Source: Bilabrum cf. latius
Taxonomy: Eukaryota
DNA: 64,000 bases
Direction of reading: 5' to 3'
Assembly (NCBI GenBank): GCA_965178125.1
Contig: OZ237765.1
Location: 372,001-436,000, forward strand
Shown: one piece after another, positions 39,601 through 52,100 of the stretch
Numbering within the stretch: the first letter of the stretch is position 1
How the letters are laid out: each line of letters begins with the position of its first letter
Position numbers and translations under genes: made by a program
Notes under the pieces: model-generated
What the model was told of the DNA's origin: nothing
Seen by the model: the letters and a program-made list of their open reading frames with translations, nothing else
Database searches by the model: none

Positions 39601-39946
39601 CCCGGCCTCGATCGAGAACCAGACCGTGAGTCACCATACCGCCTTCCACGGGCAGGTACGGGCCGCAGTGCGGGTCACGCAGGTCTCGGCGAAGAACTGG
39701 CGGGAGCTGGCGATGCTGCGGGCCCTTCATCCGGAGTCTGAACTCGCCACGTTGCAAGGGGGCGGCACCACCGTCGTGGGGCCCGGCTAGGGCGCAGGCA
39801 GCATCGTGCTGGAGGTATCTGCGGACGGCGTCTCCAAATCAGCCCAGCTGTCGATCGAGCTCTCAACCGACCCGGATACGGACGGCGTGCTCGCAGCTGC
39901 CACGCAATTCGCGGCGGGCGCAAACCTGCCGCTCCCAGGGGCGTGA
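36694..39946 (+). CDS. Glycoside hydrolase family 2 (beta-galactosidase-like), secreted, with a PAN/apple-like insert; apparent +1 frameshift near 38122-38125
   Basis: Signal peptide, FDDSRWASIDLPHDF, WYRKSF, LWSVQQPYLY, HDNFGGVGSAVPDRI, RFSHN, ACNE (across intron 38245-38378), ASECCSC, WTLFGYQGE (across intron 38775-38979), LVADGLDTAL. TAGs at 37036 and 39788; ends TGA 39944-39946. Confidence 0.9.
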
Positions 39947-40177
39947 TGTGTGCTGGTCATGGTCTTGATCAACCAGCGCATCTGGATGCCAGTGGCAGCA
40001 CGACTAGATCCAGATGCTTTCAAATGTGAATGTCGTGAATTTTATGTTTGCTTCTTGGCACTTCAGGCCTGCGGCGCGCGGATCGGACCGATCCGATCGG
40101 TGACCAAATACACACGCTACTTCGCAAAATCCAGATTCGGGGGTCTCGAAAGTTGTATTTACGGCCCGACTTTCAGG

Positions 40178-42729
40178 ATGAAGAGCGCCCTTGCAGCTCT
40201 CTCCGTACTTGCGGCTAGCGCATTCAGCGCTCAGACGTACTTCTGGAGGTTCCCTAAGATGGATGCCGTGAGTCGGTCTGCACTCCGACCGCATAACCGC
40301 AACTCGGCAAGTATCCAAGATCCGGGGCATTGCTAGCTATTTGTCTTCTACTGCAGCCTTAGAAAGACATAAAAGATGCAGGAACGACCGATATCCAACA
40401 GCTCGAGAAGCTCTGCGAGGCAAACTCGGAGTGTACCGGTAAGGCAAGCTTACGTGCAACGCTTCGCACCCGTGTACCAGGACATGTGTGGGAGCTATGT
40501 TACCTTAGAGCCTTTAATTGCACTCGATCTTGATCATTGCACCTAGCGATGCAGGCTTCAACAGCGACGGCTGGTTGAAGAACGACTGCCAGCCAAATGT
40601 TGTGTCAAGCGTGAGGTCGCCAAACTCTTACGAGATCGAACACGTTCGCCAGTTTAAATGCTTCAGCACCCCGACCTACTTACATGTTAGGTCAACCCAC
40701 ATCCGCGCGCAGGCTACGTGCGACCTGTACGTAAAGATGGACAAGCCCGCATCGGACCAGCACACCCAGATCATGCCGGTCCCCGTGGTCATGACCAACG
40801 GCAGCACCCCCATCGCCCTGGACAAAGCTACTTTCAAGTTTGTGGCAGCCACACCCATGCCCGAGCTGGACGCTGCCTTCCAGCGTTTCGCGGACATCAT
40901 CTTCCCCCACAACACCCCTGCCGATCGCAGGGGTCTCCTGGAGCCGGCGGTTGCAACCCTCCCCTCCCTCACCGTCACTGTGGAGAACACCGACGTGCCC
41001 CTGGCCATGGGCGTCAACGAGACCTACGTCCTCAGCATCCCCGCATCGGGCGGTGGTGCCACCCTCCGGGCCAGCACCGTGTATGGGGCATACCACGGCC
41101 TGCAGTCCTTCAGCCAGATCGTGAGGTTCGACTACGTGGGGCACCAGTACCTCGTTGACAACGCCCCCATCATGATCAACGACGGGCCCAAGTTCCCCTG
41201 GCGCGGGTTGCTGATCGACACGTCCAGGCACTGGGAGCCCGTGCTGGGCCTCAAGCAGCTGATCGACTCGATGGCCGCCGCCAAGCTCAACACGGTGCAC
41301 TGGCACGTGGTGGACCTGCAGTCCTTCCCCATGGAGGTGCGCAGCTACCCCAAGCTTCAGGACGGGGCATACTCGCAGTTCGAGCGGTACTCCCGGGAGG
41401 ACATGCAGGAGGTGGTGGCCTATGCCAAGGCCAGGGGCGTCCGCGTGTACATCGAAACCGATACGCCCGGGCACGCTGCTGCCTGGGGCGTGGGATACCC
41501 CCAGCTGTGGCCCTCACCCACGTGCCAGATGCCCCTCAACATCGCGAACAACTTCACCTTCGAGCTCATCGACGGGATGATCAAGGAGATCACCAGCGAG
41601 GTCATGCTGCCCTCCGAGGAGTTCTACCATGTGAGATGCATGGCAGAATTGTGCCCCTTCTGTGATGCAGGGTGCGATGCTGACAGATCGCCGTTCCGCT
41701 GTTGTGTCACCGCCTCCGTTCCCTTTATTCTGCCTCCATTTCAAGCACACCGAAGCGCGTCCCGCCGTACCCCTCCTCCCCCTCCCCCTCCCCCCCATCC
41801 CGAGTACCCCTCGCAGCTGGGCGGCGACGAGGTCAACACGGACTGTTGGACCAAGACCCCCGCAACTGCCAAGTGGCTGCAGGACCACGGGCTGACCGCA
41901 GACCAAGGGTACGAGTACTTCGTCAAGAAGGCGCAGGAGTCGGCCGTGGCTGCCGGGAAGAGCCCCGTGCAGTGGGAGGAGGTGTGGAAGCACTTCGGCA
42001 CCGACCTGCCCAAGGACTCCATCATCCACGCCTGGCTCTCGGCTGAGGCGGCGCAGAACGCCACCGCGCACGGGTACAGGGCGCTGTGGAGCGTGGACGG
42101 GCGGTGGTACCTCGATGGCCTGGGTGTCACCTGGGACACGATGTGGGAACAGGACCCGCTCGCAGGCATCACCGACCCCGACCAGCAGAAGCTGCTCCTC
42201 GGCGGCGAGGGGTGAGACAGTATTGAGCGCTTTCATGGCGTGCCACTTGTTGAGACTTTGTGCGGGGTGCTTAGTGTGTCGATCTACAGAATGTTGTGTG
42301 GTGTTGGCTCGTTGCTGTCGTTGCGAATGCGTATCGTGGTGATGCCGGCAGTGCAAACATCCCCTCCCCTGCGTGTCGTGGTGATGCCACAGCAGTGCAA
42401 ACATCCCCTCCCGTGCCTACCCTAGCCTACCCATCTGCTCCTTCGCCAACCCATGGGCAATGAATCTCTCCTCTTCACACAACCGCAGCTGCATGTGGGG
42501 CGAGACCGTGGACCAGAGCGACAGGAGTGCCACCGTGTGGCCTCGTGCAGCCGCCATCGCGGAGCGCCTGTGGTCCTATGACGTGCTGGGCGGCAACGCG
42601 ATCGAGGCGCTCCCCCGCATCCTCAACTTCAGGTGCATGCTCAACCGCCGCGGGATCTCCGCCGCACCCACTTTGAATGCGCAGGCCCGGACGTCGCCGC
42701 CTCATCCCGGGTCATGCTTCACCCAGTGA
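40178..42729 (+). CDS. Beta-N-acetylhexosaminidase (GH20), secreted/lysosomal, about 593 aa
   Basis: Exons 40178-40267, 40357-40438, 40555-40610, 40713-41630, 41817-42211, 42489-42729. Motifs DGPKFPWRGLLIDTSRH, HWHVVDLQSFP, ETDTPGH, H|LGGDEV, GGEG|CMWGETVD, VWPRAAAIAERLWS. One TAG (40360); ends TGA. Confidence 0.95.
42334..42416. repeat. Imperfect tandem duplication of about 42 nt in the last GH20 intron
   Basis: TCGTGGTGATGCC..GCAGTGCAAACATCCCCTCCC occurs twice in tandem. Confidence 0.8.
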
Positions 42730-42734
42730 GCGCT

Positions 42735-43199
42735 TCACTCACTCCTTCGGTGGATGGGAGCCAGCTTCCCAGCGGCTAGCCTTTCAATGCTTTCTTCCAG
42801 TCGCCCGAGAGTGCGGGAGAGTTCGAGGGCTTGCCGCTAGGTTGCTGCCGCCGACTATCTTACAAGTGACTCTGACGCTGCTGCTACGCTTTCGTGCGCT
42901 CGCGAGTTTAGGCGGCGCCGATGCAATGCAGCGTCTTGCGCAAGAGCCACCATGAACTGCGTTACATCGTCTGCAGCTTCCATAGCAAGGACGAGTTTCG
43001 TTGCGTGTTCTTTAAATTCTGCGTTTGAATCACTTACGGCTGCATCACAACATTTAATTTGCTCCATCGGCAACAATTTGCACTTTTTTGCTCACTCTAG
43101 GGCCTTGCGGAACGTTCGGCATGGTTCGCATTCTGTATTTCTGGCCAAGTTTCGCAAGATCTGCGCCAGATCTCGCGACAAAGTACTTTCAGTATCCAT
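42735..43199 (-). CDS. Possible small helical/coiled-coil protein
   Basis: Frame of ORF 42855..43076 extends through two TAGs to TGA 42735 (...LELSRTLGRLEESIERL...). A GTGAGC donor near 43095 could join MDTESTLSRDLAQILRNL..., but the splice phase is not cleanly resolved. Confidence 0.3.
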
Positions 43200-44318
43200 G
43201 TGCAGTCCAAGCCGTATTGCTGCCGCCGCATGCGCGATTGCCCTCCCCATGGCGTCATTCGGTGAGACAGGGTGCCCCAATGGACGAGGCTGCCTTGCTG
43301 AAGGAGAGAGCATGCCCCCACTTGCAGAATACGACCTGACAATAATGAATTACTAATACTTAAACTTTGTTTGTATGCATCTTGGCAGTATACTCGCCTG
43401 ATAACCCTTTTTTTAGTGCTTGACCCAACCGTCGCAGCTGCGGGATACAATGAAACTGAGGCGCTCTCATTCGTGTACATGGCAGCAGCGGCCTACTGCG
43501 ACAACTCAAGTTTGCAATCCTGGACTTGCGTAGCCTGTGGCAAGGTTCCGATCGTGCCTGGCTCGCAAACTATTCGTTACGACGACGAGACGGATGTGCG
43601 AGGATACACTGCCAAATTGCAAGACGGAAGTGAGATGAGGTTATTACCACTTGAACCTATACCTGTTTAATGTTACTTGTATTTCGTATGGCTTGCTTGA
43701 TCCTTCCCTGCCGCACCCGCAGCTGGTCTCGTGTCCTTCCGCGGGACCGTCCCATCCGACCTTCTGAACTGGGTCGAGGACCTGAAGAGCGCCTTCCAGC
43801 AGGACTACCCTTTCAACGGGTGCCAGGGCTGCAAGGTGGCGGATGGGTTCGACCAGGCCTACGACCTTCTGCGGTCGGGCGTCCTGGACGACCTCAAGGC
43901 AATGGGCCTGGGCCCAGGCTCCACCGTGTACGTCACGGGGCATTCCCTCGGTGCCGCCATGGCAGGCCTGTGCGCCTTCGATCTAAAGACCATGGGCTAC
44001 AACGTGAAGGGCTACACCTTCGGGCAGCCCCGGGATGGTGACCCGACTTACTCGAGCACGTTCGCGCGTCTCTTCCCGGTGTCGGCCGGGAACTGGTTCC
44101 GCGTGACGCACAACGCAGACATCGTGGTTCACTTGCCCCCTGAGTTCCTGGGCTTCCACCACACATCTCAGGAGGTCTGGTACAACGAGGCATCCACCTC
44201 GTACAAGGTCTGCGACGGGTCGGGGGAGGACGCGTCGTGCAGCGATTCGGTGGACTTGCCGATCAGCATCGACGATCACCTGCACTACCTGAATGTGCCC
44301 ATCAGCAGGTCGTGCTAA
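43198..44318 (+). CDS. Class 3 lipase, secreted, about 283 aa
   Basis: Exons 43198-43261, 43438-43629, 43723-44318. Signal peptide, AAYC, VSFRGT, VTGHSLGAAMA, YTFGQPRDG, RVTHNADIVVHLPP, DHLHY. No internal TAG; ends TAA followed two codons later by a second in-frame TAA. Confidence 0.93.
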
Positions 44319-44516
44319 TGGTAACCCTAGCGGGGCCGACCGAAAATCTCAATGGAGAAGCCGGCCTACATTGAGGCCACCGTGGAGGTACACGGTTGCC
44401 GCTGCGTCGGCTCGGATTGAGTTGTGCTACCCAGTCCTGCGGTTGCGCAAGTGCATTTACACGTGTTAAGAGTAACTTAATGCGGGTGTACAATATCAAG
44501 TAGCAGGAAACACATA

Positions 44517-44601
44517 TCACCCAGTCCGCTCTGGTCTTGTCACCCAGTCCGAGCACGCTTGCCGCCCCCGGACTCGATCGGCAGTCCGCTCTGGTCTTGT
44601 G
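44517..44601. repeat. 19-nt direct repeat spanning the AP2 gene stop codon
   Basis: CAGTCCGCTCTGGTCTTGT at 44522 and 44583; TCACCCAGTCCG is also repeated at 44517 and 44540. Confidence 0.75.
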
Positions 44602-47600
44602 TCTCGTCCGTCCCGAAAGCTCCGACGGCCTAGTCCCTGGAGCGCTTGCCGCCCACCCAGTCAGTACCTGACGATGCGCTGGTCAAATGGGGGGTCGCCT
44701 TAGAGCCTCCTACCCATCCCGTACCGCCGCTGCTCGCCAGCTCAAGATGCGCTCCGCCGGGCCAGCTGGTTGGGCCCGCACCGCTCCCGCCCTGGTATCC
44801 GGCCACACCAACCTCAACACCAAGCCCCACGGCGTTGGGGGTCTCAAGGTCCGGGTTGTACGTGTGTCTGCGGGGCCCACCAGATGTCGGCATAGATGCG
44901 TACCTGGGTTGGGACGACTGCATGAGGAGAATGGGCTAAGCTCCGTCGAGCTGGCCTGCAGAGCCCGAGCTGGCCGTGCCTATCGGCTCCAGGCCAGCTC
45001 CACTGGAGCTCGACGTGGCAGCTGACGCCGCCGCCGGTGCCTCAGCACTCCCAGCCTATGCAGTTGGTTTTCCCTTACTCCCTCTTATCTTTACACCCCC
45101 TTTCGTGAACGTCCCCAGGTCCTCCACCAGCAGCACGCCTCTCCTGCCCCTCCTGTCATAGGGTATCCTCTCTCCAGTGTCCTACCGGAAATTGGGCTTG
45201 GGCTAGTTCTTCGGGGGCACGTCAGGGTTCTCTTGCATGATCGTATACGCCATTCTGTCGTAAGCGTGCGCGGCATCCTCCTCGCGGACGAAGACCCCCA
45301 GCCTAGACGTTTTCCCCCTGAAGCAGATTGTGGCGATCCACTTGTGGGATCGCTTGCAGTACCGCACCCCACGGAACTGCGACGTCTTGACGATCTTGCG
45401 CGCCGGTTTGCCCACAGCTGGTGACCCGCCACCGCCCGCCGATGAGGATGACGCGGCAGATGGCCTGCCTCCCCGGGTGCGGCCCCCAGCGGCCTGCCTC
45501 CCCCTGCGGTTGGTGGCACCGGCCAGGGCAGTGAGGCCTTCGGTCGCCTCCGCGCTCTGCTCTTGGCTTGGATCCCACACTGCGCCGGTTGCCTAGTGTC
45601 CCGTTCCTTTGCCATTTCCTTTGCCCTTTCCCTTCCCTTTGCCCTTGCCTCTGCCAGTGCTCCTGCCTCTATACGACCCACTATCCGAGTCACCTCCGCT
45701 GGACACGCCACCCCCGAGGGCCCGAGCCGCAGCAGACAGGGCAGCAGCAGTGACCAGGGACTGGATGTCGTCCCCATCCCCGTCCCCGTCCCCATCCCCT
45801 CCTTCTTGGTCGCCCCTCATCGAATCGCCAGCCGCGCCGCTTGTCCCAGCTCCCCGCCCCCGCCCCCGCCTCGCCCTCCTGCTACCCGCCCCGCGTCCTT
45901 GATCCGAACCGTCTTGATCCGACCCATCGTCCTCGTCCTGCACACGCCTCGAGGGAACCCGCCTGCGCCTGCCGCTCCTCGAAGCCCCGCGCCCAGACCC
46001 ACCTCCCTGTTCTTGTTGCCCATGACCCGCGCCAGTCACCGTGCTGCTGCTCACAGTCGCGTTCGTCCCAGACGTGGACTATGGCAATGACGCGGACCCA
46101 CGGCCCTGCCCCGGGATGCCCACCCAGCCATCGCCCGGCCCCAATCCACCGCTGGATTGTCGAAGGCTGGCCAGTCCCCTCAGTGCCTCTGCGTGCTCTG
46201 CCACATGCACCCGCCCCTGGCGCGGGCCTGCACCAGCCCCGCCCGATTGAGGCGATGCAGAGGGTCCCAGCTGGCTTGACACAGACACTGACCCGCTCTC
46301 TGCACCGAGAGGCAAGCCCGCTTTCGATCCCGGAGGCCCTAGATTCCCGCTCCCGCGGCCCCCACCAAGCCCACTTGCCCCTGGTCCGGACATGTCCAAT
46401 CCCATGGCCCCTGGCGTGAGCCCGCCAAGGCCCAGTCCGTCCCCAGACAAGTCGAGCCCAGCCGCGTCTGCACCGAGCGTGGCATCGCCATGCGAGGGAG
46501 TGAACGCGCCGGCTCCCGTGTGCATGGGGCTGTTGTCTGCCCAGCCCACGCCCGTCCCAAGTCCACCGCTGCTGCCAAGCGCGGGACCATGCCCGGCTCC
46601 GCTCCTCGACACGCTCATCACCGCGTGCTCGTTCCGAGATGTGCCCATGCCACTGCCTGACCTGCTCCTGCCTCTGCCTGTGCCTGTGCCCACACCTGCA
46701 CCACTGGAGCCAGCCTCTCCCATCCTACCTGCCCGCAGCAGGCCCTCGTGGAATGCACCCCCATGAGGGCTACCTCGCCCCGAGGAGGAGAGCCCGGCGG
46801 ACGGCGGCGGGGACAGGCCAGCTGCGCCCCCGAACACGTCACCAAAGGCAGCCAGGTCGCTTGGGAATGGGGAGCCCTCGGCCGATATCCAGCGGGACCC
46901 GCTCCTGGTGCCTGCATCGCTCCTGTGGCCAGAGGACATACCCGAGGAAAGTCGCGCGACGTACCCGCCCGAACCGGTGCTCGTCCGCCTGTCCCTGTCA
47001 CTGTCCCTGTCCCTGTCGCTATCTTGGATGCCGCTAGAAGCTGCTGCACCAGTCTCGACTGTGGTATTGCCATTATCCATGATACCTTTTTGCGGCTGCA
47101 GGGGTCTCCATGCTGACCCTGACCCTGACCCTGACCCTGACGTTGATGCTAGAGCCTTCTGGTCTGAAAAGCGGCCTTCCGTCGTCGATATCTGCGCAGG
47201 TGTCCCGCTTGCGCGCGGTGATGATGGACCAAAACCATCTCCGGAAAGGCTTTCCGTAGAGGACGGTGGTGCGGATGCGCTGCCAGCCGTTGTGCCCACT
47301 GCTTGTGATGAGAACGCATCGGCGCAGGCCTGGGCTGCTGCACCGGCAGCCGTGGCCTCACCTTGCACTAGCGCTGTCGCAGATGCTTGCACTCCGAACA
47401 GCTTCGCGGAAAAACGCTAGAGGGCACCCACGCTGGCATCGTCCTCACTCGTCACACCGGATACGCCTTGTTCCCTGCTTGCTCGGAGCACCTGCTCCAG
47501 CCGCCCCGACGCCACGGCCAGATCCAGTGGAACGTCCTGCGTCAGGCAGCTGGCTGCCAGGCCACCAAGGCACAGCGCCGCGCGATCGTGCGCTGCAGCC

Positions 47601-49018
47601 GCAGCGGCCATGGTAGGGTACAGCCCCAGTGACACGTGCAGGTCTTCCGTGCCGTGCGCAGACTCGGCTCCGATCGATTGCACCCCAAGCGAGGCATGAA
47701 ACCGACTGGGGCCGTCGTCGCCCGAGTTGCTGCCGCTCGCCCCGCCTCTGCTGCTGCTGCTGCTGCCAACCTGCCGGGTGCCTCCAGCTCGCCCCGCGAC
47801 ATCCATCGCCTCTTCCTGGCTGAGATGCTTCACGCTTGTGGTGCCCGCTGGTATGGAGGGCTCGGGGTGCTCCCTGGTCGCATTCGTCACATCAACCACC
47901 AGGGGCAGCAGCACCAGCTTCGTGCCCGGGGCGCGGGTTGTGCTCTTCACGGCCTTATTGAATTCGTCTTGGCTCTTGATGATGGCCCAGTGAGGAGATC
48001 CATGTAACGCGGGCGACGCGTATGACTAGGGCTGTGACGAGGATCCAGCTGAGGTCTGGACGGTGTCTGGGTCTCGATCTTTGCCGGGTGGCGGGGGTCC
48101 CTTCGTACTCTTGATATCGTTGACAAGAGCATTCAATCCACTGGCCCCGGCAGTCCTCCAAGCCCGTGTATCCACTGGCCTGTCCTTCTCATCCTCTGCT
48201 GCATCTTCCATGGGGGAGGAAGAGGTTCCGGAAGAGGAGGGCTTCGGCTGGCAAGGCCCGGCGCGTGACACTGCTGCCCCAGGTAGTGTGGGGGGTCGCA
48301 GAACCGCAATGCCAGCGCCATTTCCCAGCAGTTTCTTGGCTTGCTTTGAGAGAATCGCATGCTCGCTCGTTCCCATGGGGGTGTTGCTCGCACCGAGCTC
48401 AACGCTTGTCAGGTACGCCGGACGAGTTGAACCCAGGAATACCGTGTAGAACTTAGACGGGTCAATGGAGTGGTCCAAGCTGGCTGCAAGCTCGCTGACT
48501 CTGTCGAGTAGCCGGCCTGCAAGCACCCGAAGAGACGGTACGTCAAGCGAACCGACCAGCGGCTGCACTCCACCGGACTTGCCAGCAGCAGCCACGTCCT
48601 CGATCCATCGCACATCTACAGGCATGCTACTTGCTTCGGACGGAGATAGAAGCTTGCTCCGCTCGAAACTTGTCAAGCGACGATATTTTCGTGGGGTCGG
48701 TCCCTATTGCTACGCACCCGTTGCAAGTGCTTCACGGCTTCGTAAACTTCCATGCAATCGGGAGTCAGGCAACTACGGGGGCACTAACTTTGAATCCTGA
48801 TGTTTTATTCCTCCCTTGTTGACTATGCTGTCTATTTCAGCGGATGGTACCCGTGGTCTCCGCTTTGGTTCAGCCGACGCTGGTGTCCCCGTCTTGGAGG
48901 CAATCTCTCTAAATGCAGCCATGGCAGATGCGGCTTCCATGCTTGTGGGGGACCACATTGAGTCCACTTTCTTCTTCTTTGGGCGCACTGGTGATTTCAT
49001 CTCATGCTGGGCCTACAT
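44540..49018 (-). CDS. AP2/ERF-domain transcription factor, about 1490 aa
   Basis: Seven track ORFs share one frame, joined by about 13 TAGs, ending TGA 44540. Clear AP2 domain TSQFRGVRYCKRSHKWIATICFRGKTSRLGVFVREEDAAHAYDRMA...NF at about 45190-45390; second degenerate AP2 (SLGLYPTMAAAAAAHDRAA) at about 47560-47710; NLS-like RPKKKK. Confidence 0.85.
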
Positions 49019-49157
49019 CCCTTGGGTTTACGTGCCAACGGGCTCGCTCGACGATTTCTGGTTAAGCAAGCACCACACAGAACTGCACCTTTCAAAACAT
49101 CTGGTTCGGAATTGCAGCTTCATTTTGCTCATGCAGCGGCGCTAGCTTGACCGGACA

Positions 49158-52100
49158 ATGCTGCACTAGTGGCGAAGGGGGTTTCAACAACTGCTTCGTA
49201 GGCACCTAGGAGTTGGAAGCCCTGTCCCTGCCAAACCATTCGGTGCCTCCAGAAGTACGCAATCTAGTCTGCATCAGCGCGGATTCTCCTCCATTCGACC
49301 GTGTAACGGACGTTTTTCATAGCATATATTGTCTCGTGTATACATGCTTAGCGACTACCGGAGGTGCATTGGAAGCAGCTTGTCAAGATGCTGCAAGCGG
49401 CATACCACAGTGCCCTCACACGATAGCTAGCCGCATGGTGCAATTGGAGAGGATGAAGCCGAAAGATTACGAGCTATGCGATCATCAGCTGAAATATTTT
49501 AGCTTGTCATGCAATCTGATGCGGCGGGCAGTTCGCAAACCATCGCTGCAGCGCTGCTTCGCTTGACGGAGGTGTCCCATCAACCACACAAACTCTTCGA
49601 TCACGCTACGCTGAGACGAATTCTTGATCAGGCATCCTTACTATATCGGAAGCATCGCGTTGCTTGGTCGCATGAATCGCGCATCAGCGCGATGATCGCG
49701 CTCGGGCGACTGCTGGAATCTGCGAGAGGCGCAATCGGTTCTGGCAACCCAAGCGCAAGGAAAGCTGCCGCCCTCCATGCAGCCATCGCAACGGACTGGA
49801 TGGCGTCAGATGGACCTCACGTGCGCTGGGAGGTGCTGCACCAGGCTGCGATTGGTCTCAAGAGCAGGGCAGAGGGTGCCATGCTTCCATCCCTCAAATT
49901 GCTCGGGTAGGCAACTGCCGCGAGGCTTGCTCGCCTAGCCTCGGTGGGCGCCGAGGCAAGAGCGAATCCTGGCGGTACTACCATTTCAACCAACATAAGC
50001 GTTCAGGAGACAGCGAGTGTGCCCAGGGAAGCAGAGTGGGAAGCGGATGAGCAGCTGGCTGGCAGCCACAGCAACCCATTGGTCGATCCAGCCACAGGTC
50101 GGGAGGACCCTTGGTCTTCCACGAAGAACCGACTCGCGCCCAGACACCTGCCCCGTACTGGCAGACAGGTAGCTCAGGTGGTGGAAGGAATTGCGTCTGG
50201 GCTAGAGCGGGTGCTGCTTGGGAGGCGGCGGCTGCCCGCCGTACTGGCATCTGGAAGGTACCCCGGTGCATTGCGAGTTCCTCCAATTGGAATAGATGGC
50301 CGATCGGAGGGTGATGCTGACCACGGGATACCTGAATCGGAGATGCGCCTAGGCAGTGGCGGTAGCGTTGCCAGTGCCGGGTAGTCTTCAGGCCACGCAG
50401 ACCGCAGTGCACTGGTGATTCAGGAGAGCGCGGATGCTGTGCGTGCGCTTGGGGTGGCGATCGAGAACGCAGCTGACCTTCTGCTGCCCCAGCTGCACGA
50501 GCAAAGCGATGGGCATGGGCTAGGGGCATTAATGGACCTACGTGCTGGTGAAGTTGGTGCAAATGGCGAGGCTGGGGCGGCCCGCACAGCAGCACTACTG
50601 TGCAGGGCCGCTTGTTTGCACCGAGAACTGGTGCTTGCCTTGCAAGGTGCGGGTGCCGACGTTCTTGGTATGGACGTGCCCCCCTTGGGACAGGAATGGC
50701 AGGATGTGCTAGCGGGGCAGGGGGCGGGCGCTGCCCAGCGAGGGATGGGGCGGCTGGGAGCTGGGGACTCTCTGCACCTTGACCTGGTAGCGCGGTGCTT
50801 GCGGGTGGGCTGGCACGATATCACTGCTGGAAGAAGTGATGCAGAGGAGGGGTCTTTGCCTGGGGCTTCTGGTATCCGCGGCTCGATCGCAGCCGGTGGG
50901 GAACAGATAGTGGATCCTGTGGATGACGCGAATGCGAGGCGACCTGTCTATGATATGCTGGTTGATAGCAGCGTGATGATTCGATCCATTGCATCTGGAG
51001 AAACATCGCTGCCGAGCGAGACTCGCGGGCTGGGCGAAGCTGCCCTTCGCAGCGTGCTGCTGACGACACATCAGCTCCATCCCGGGCTTGCAGATCACGC
51101 ATTCGACATGCTGGGGCCAGGCCGGAAAGCACTCTCGGGACAACCAAGTGGCATGGCAAGCCATCGTACAGCTGCCTTTCAGCGCGGAGACAGGCGGCGA
51201 GGAGTCATTGATGGTATCCACCAAGACGCAAGCGGGATGGAAGGTGATGTCGTAGGATTGAAACCACAAGGACGGGGCAGCGGCAACCGAGCCGGACCAG
51301 GCAAGGGCAGGAGTGGTGGCAGTGGATCCGTAGACAGGAACTACGGCTATAGAGTGCCTCCTCTGCTCTCAGAAGCGATTGAATCCACGCTCATCGGCGT
51401 GCTAGGGACCAGCACGCTGGCGGATGCGTGCGGCAGGATGGGTAACCAGCACTGGCTGCTGGTGGCGCGCGATGACAGCGATGAGCCGCATACCAAGGAA
51501 GACGTACCGTTTGGGAATCGCTCTGCTACTGGGCGGGCTGCAAAGCCAGAGGAGTCATTTGCGCTGCTTCCCGCGCTGCTTCCAGACAAGGACGGGGGCA
51601 TGGTGGCGGAGGGCGTGCCTCGCGTGTCAACCGCGTCGCTGCGACAGGTGTCGGTCGAGTCGTGGCGGAATCTGCAGGACGACATTACAGCGCTGCTCAA
51701 CGGATCGATGGGGCCGTTCTACTGGGTTGGCGTGGCTCCATCTGCCAGAATAGCACTGGCAACCGCGCTTCACTCGTCACTTTGTCGCCAGTTGGAGTCG
51801 GAGCCAATTCACAGCCAGGGTAGGAGGTCCGTGGCCCTACGAGCCGCACTGCACGCAGTCGTGGAAGCAGCCGCCAAGACTGCGAAGCAACGCACCGCAG
51901 ACGAGGCGATAGCTCTGGCTGGAAGTGCCGCAGGTCTGCAGGACCCGCCGACTCAGATGTTGCCAGGCTATGCTCGGCCGTAGCCTAAGCTAGACGCGAG
52001 GCAGCAGAAGACCATCCTGCGAGTTAGGGATTTGCTTGTAGCAAAGGCACAGCAGGCGCGGGCTGTGCTTAGGGAGGTCGCGGAGGATGAGCCATAGCCC

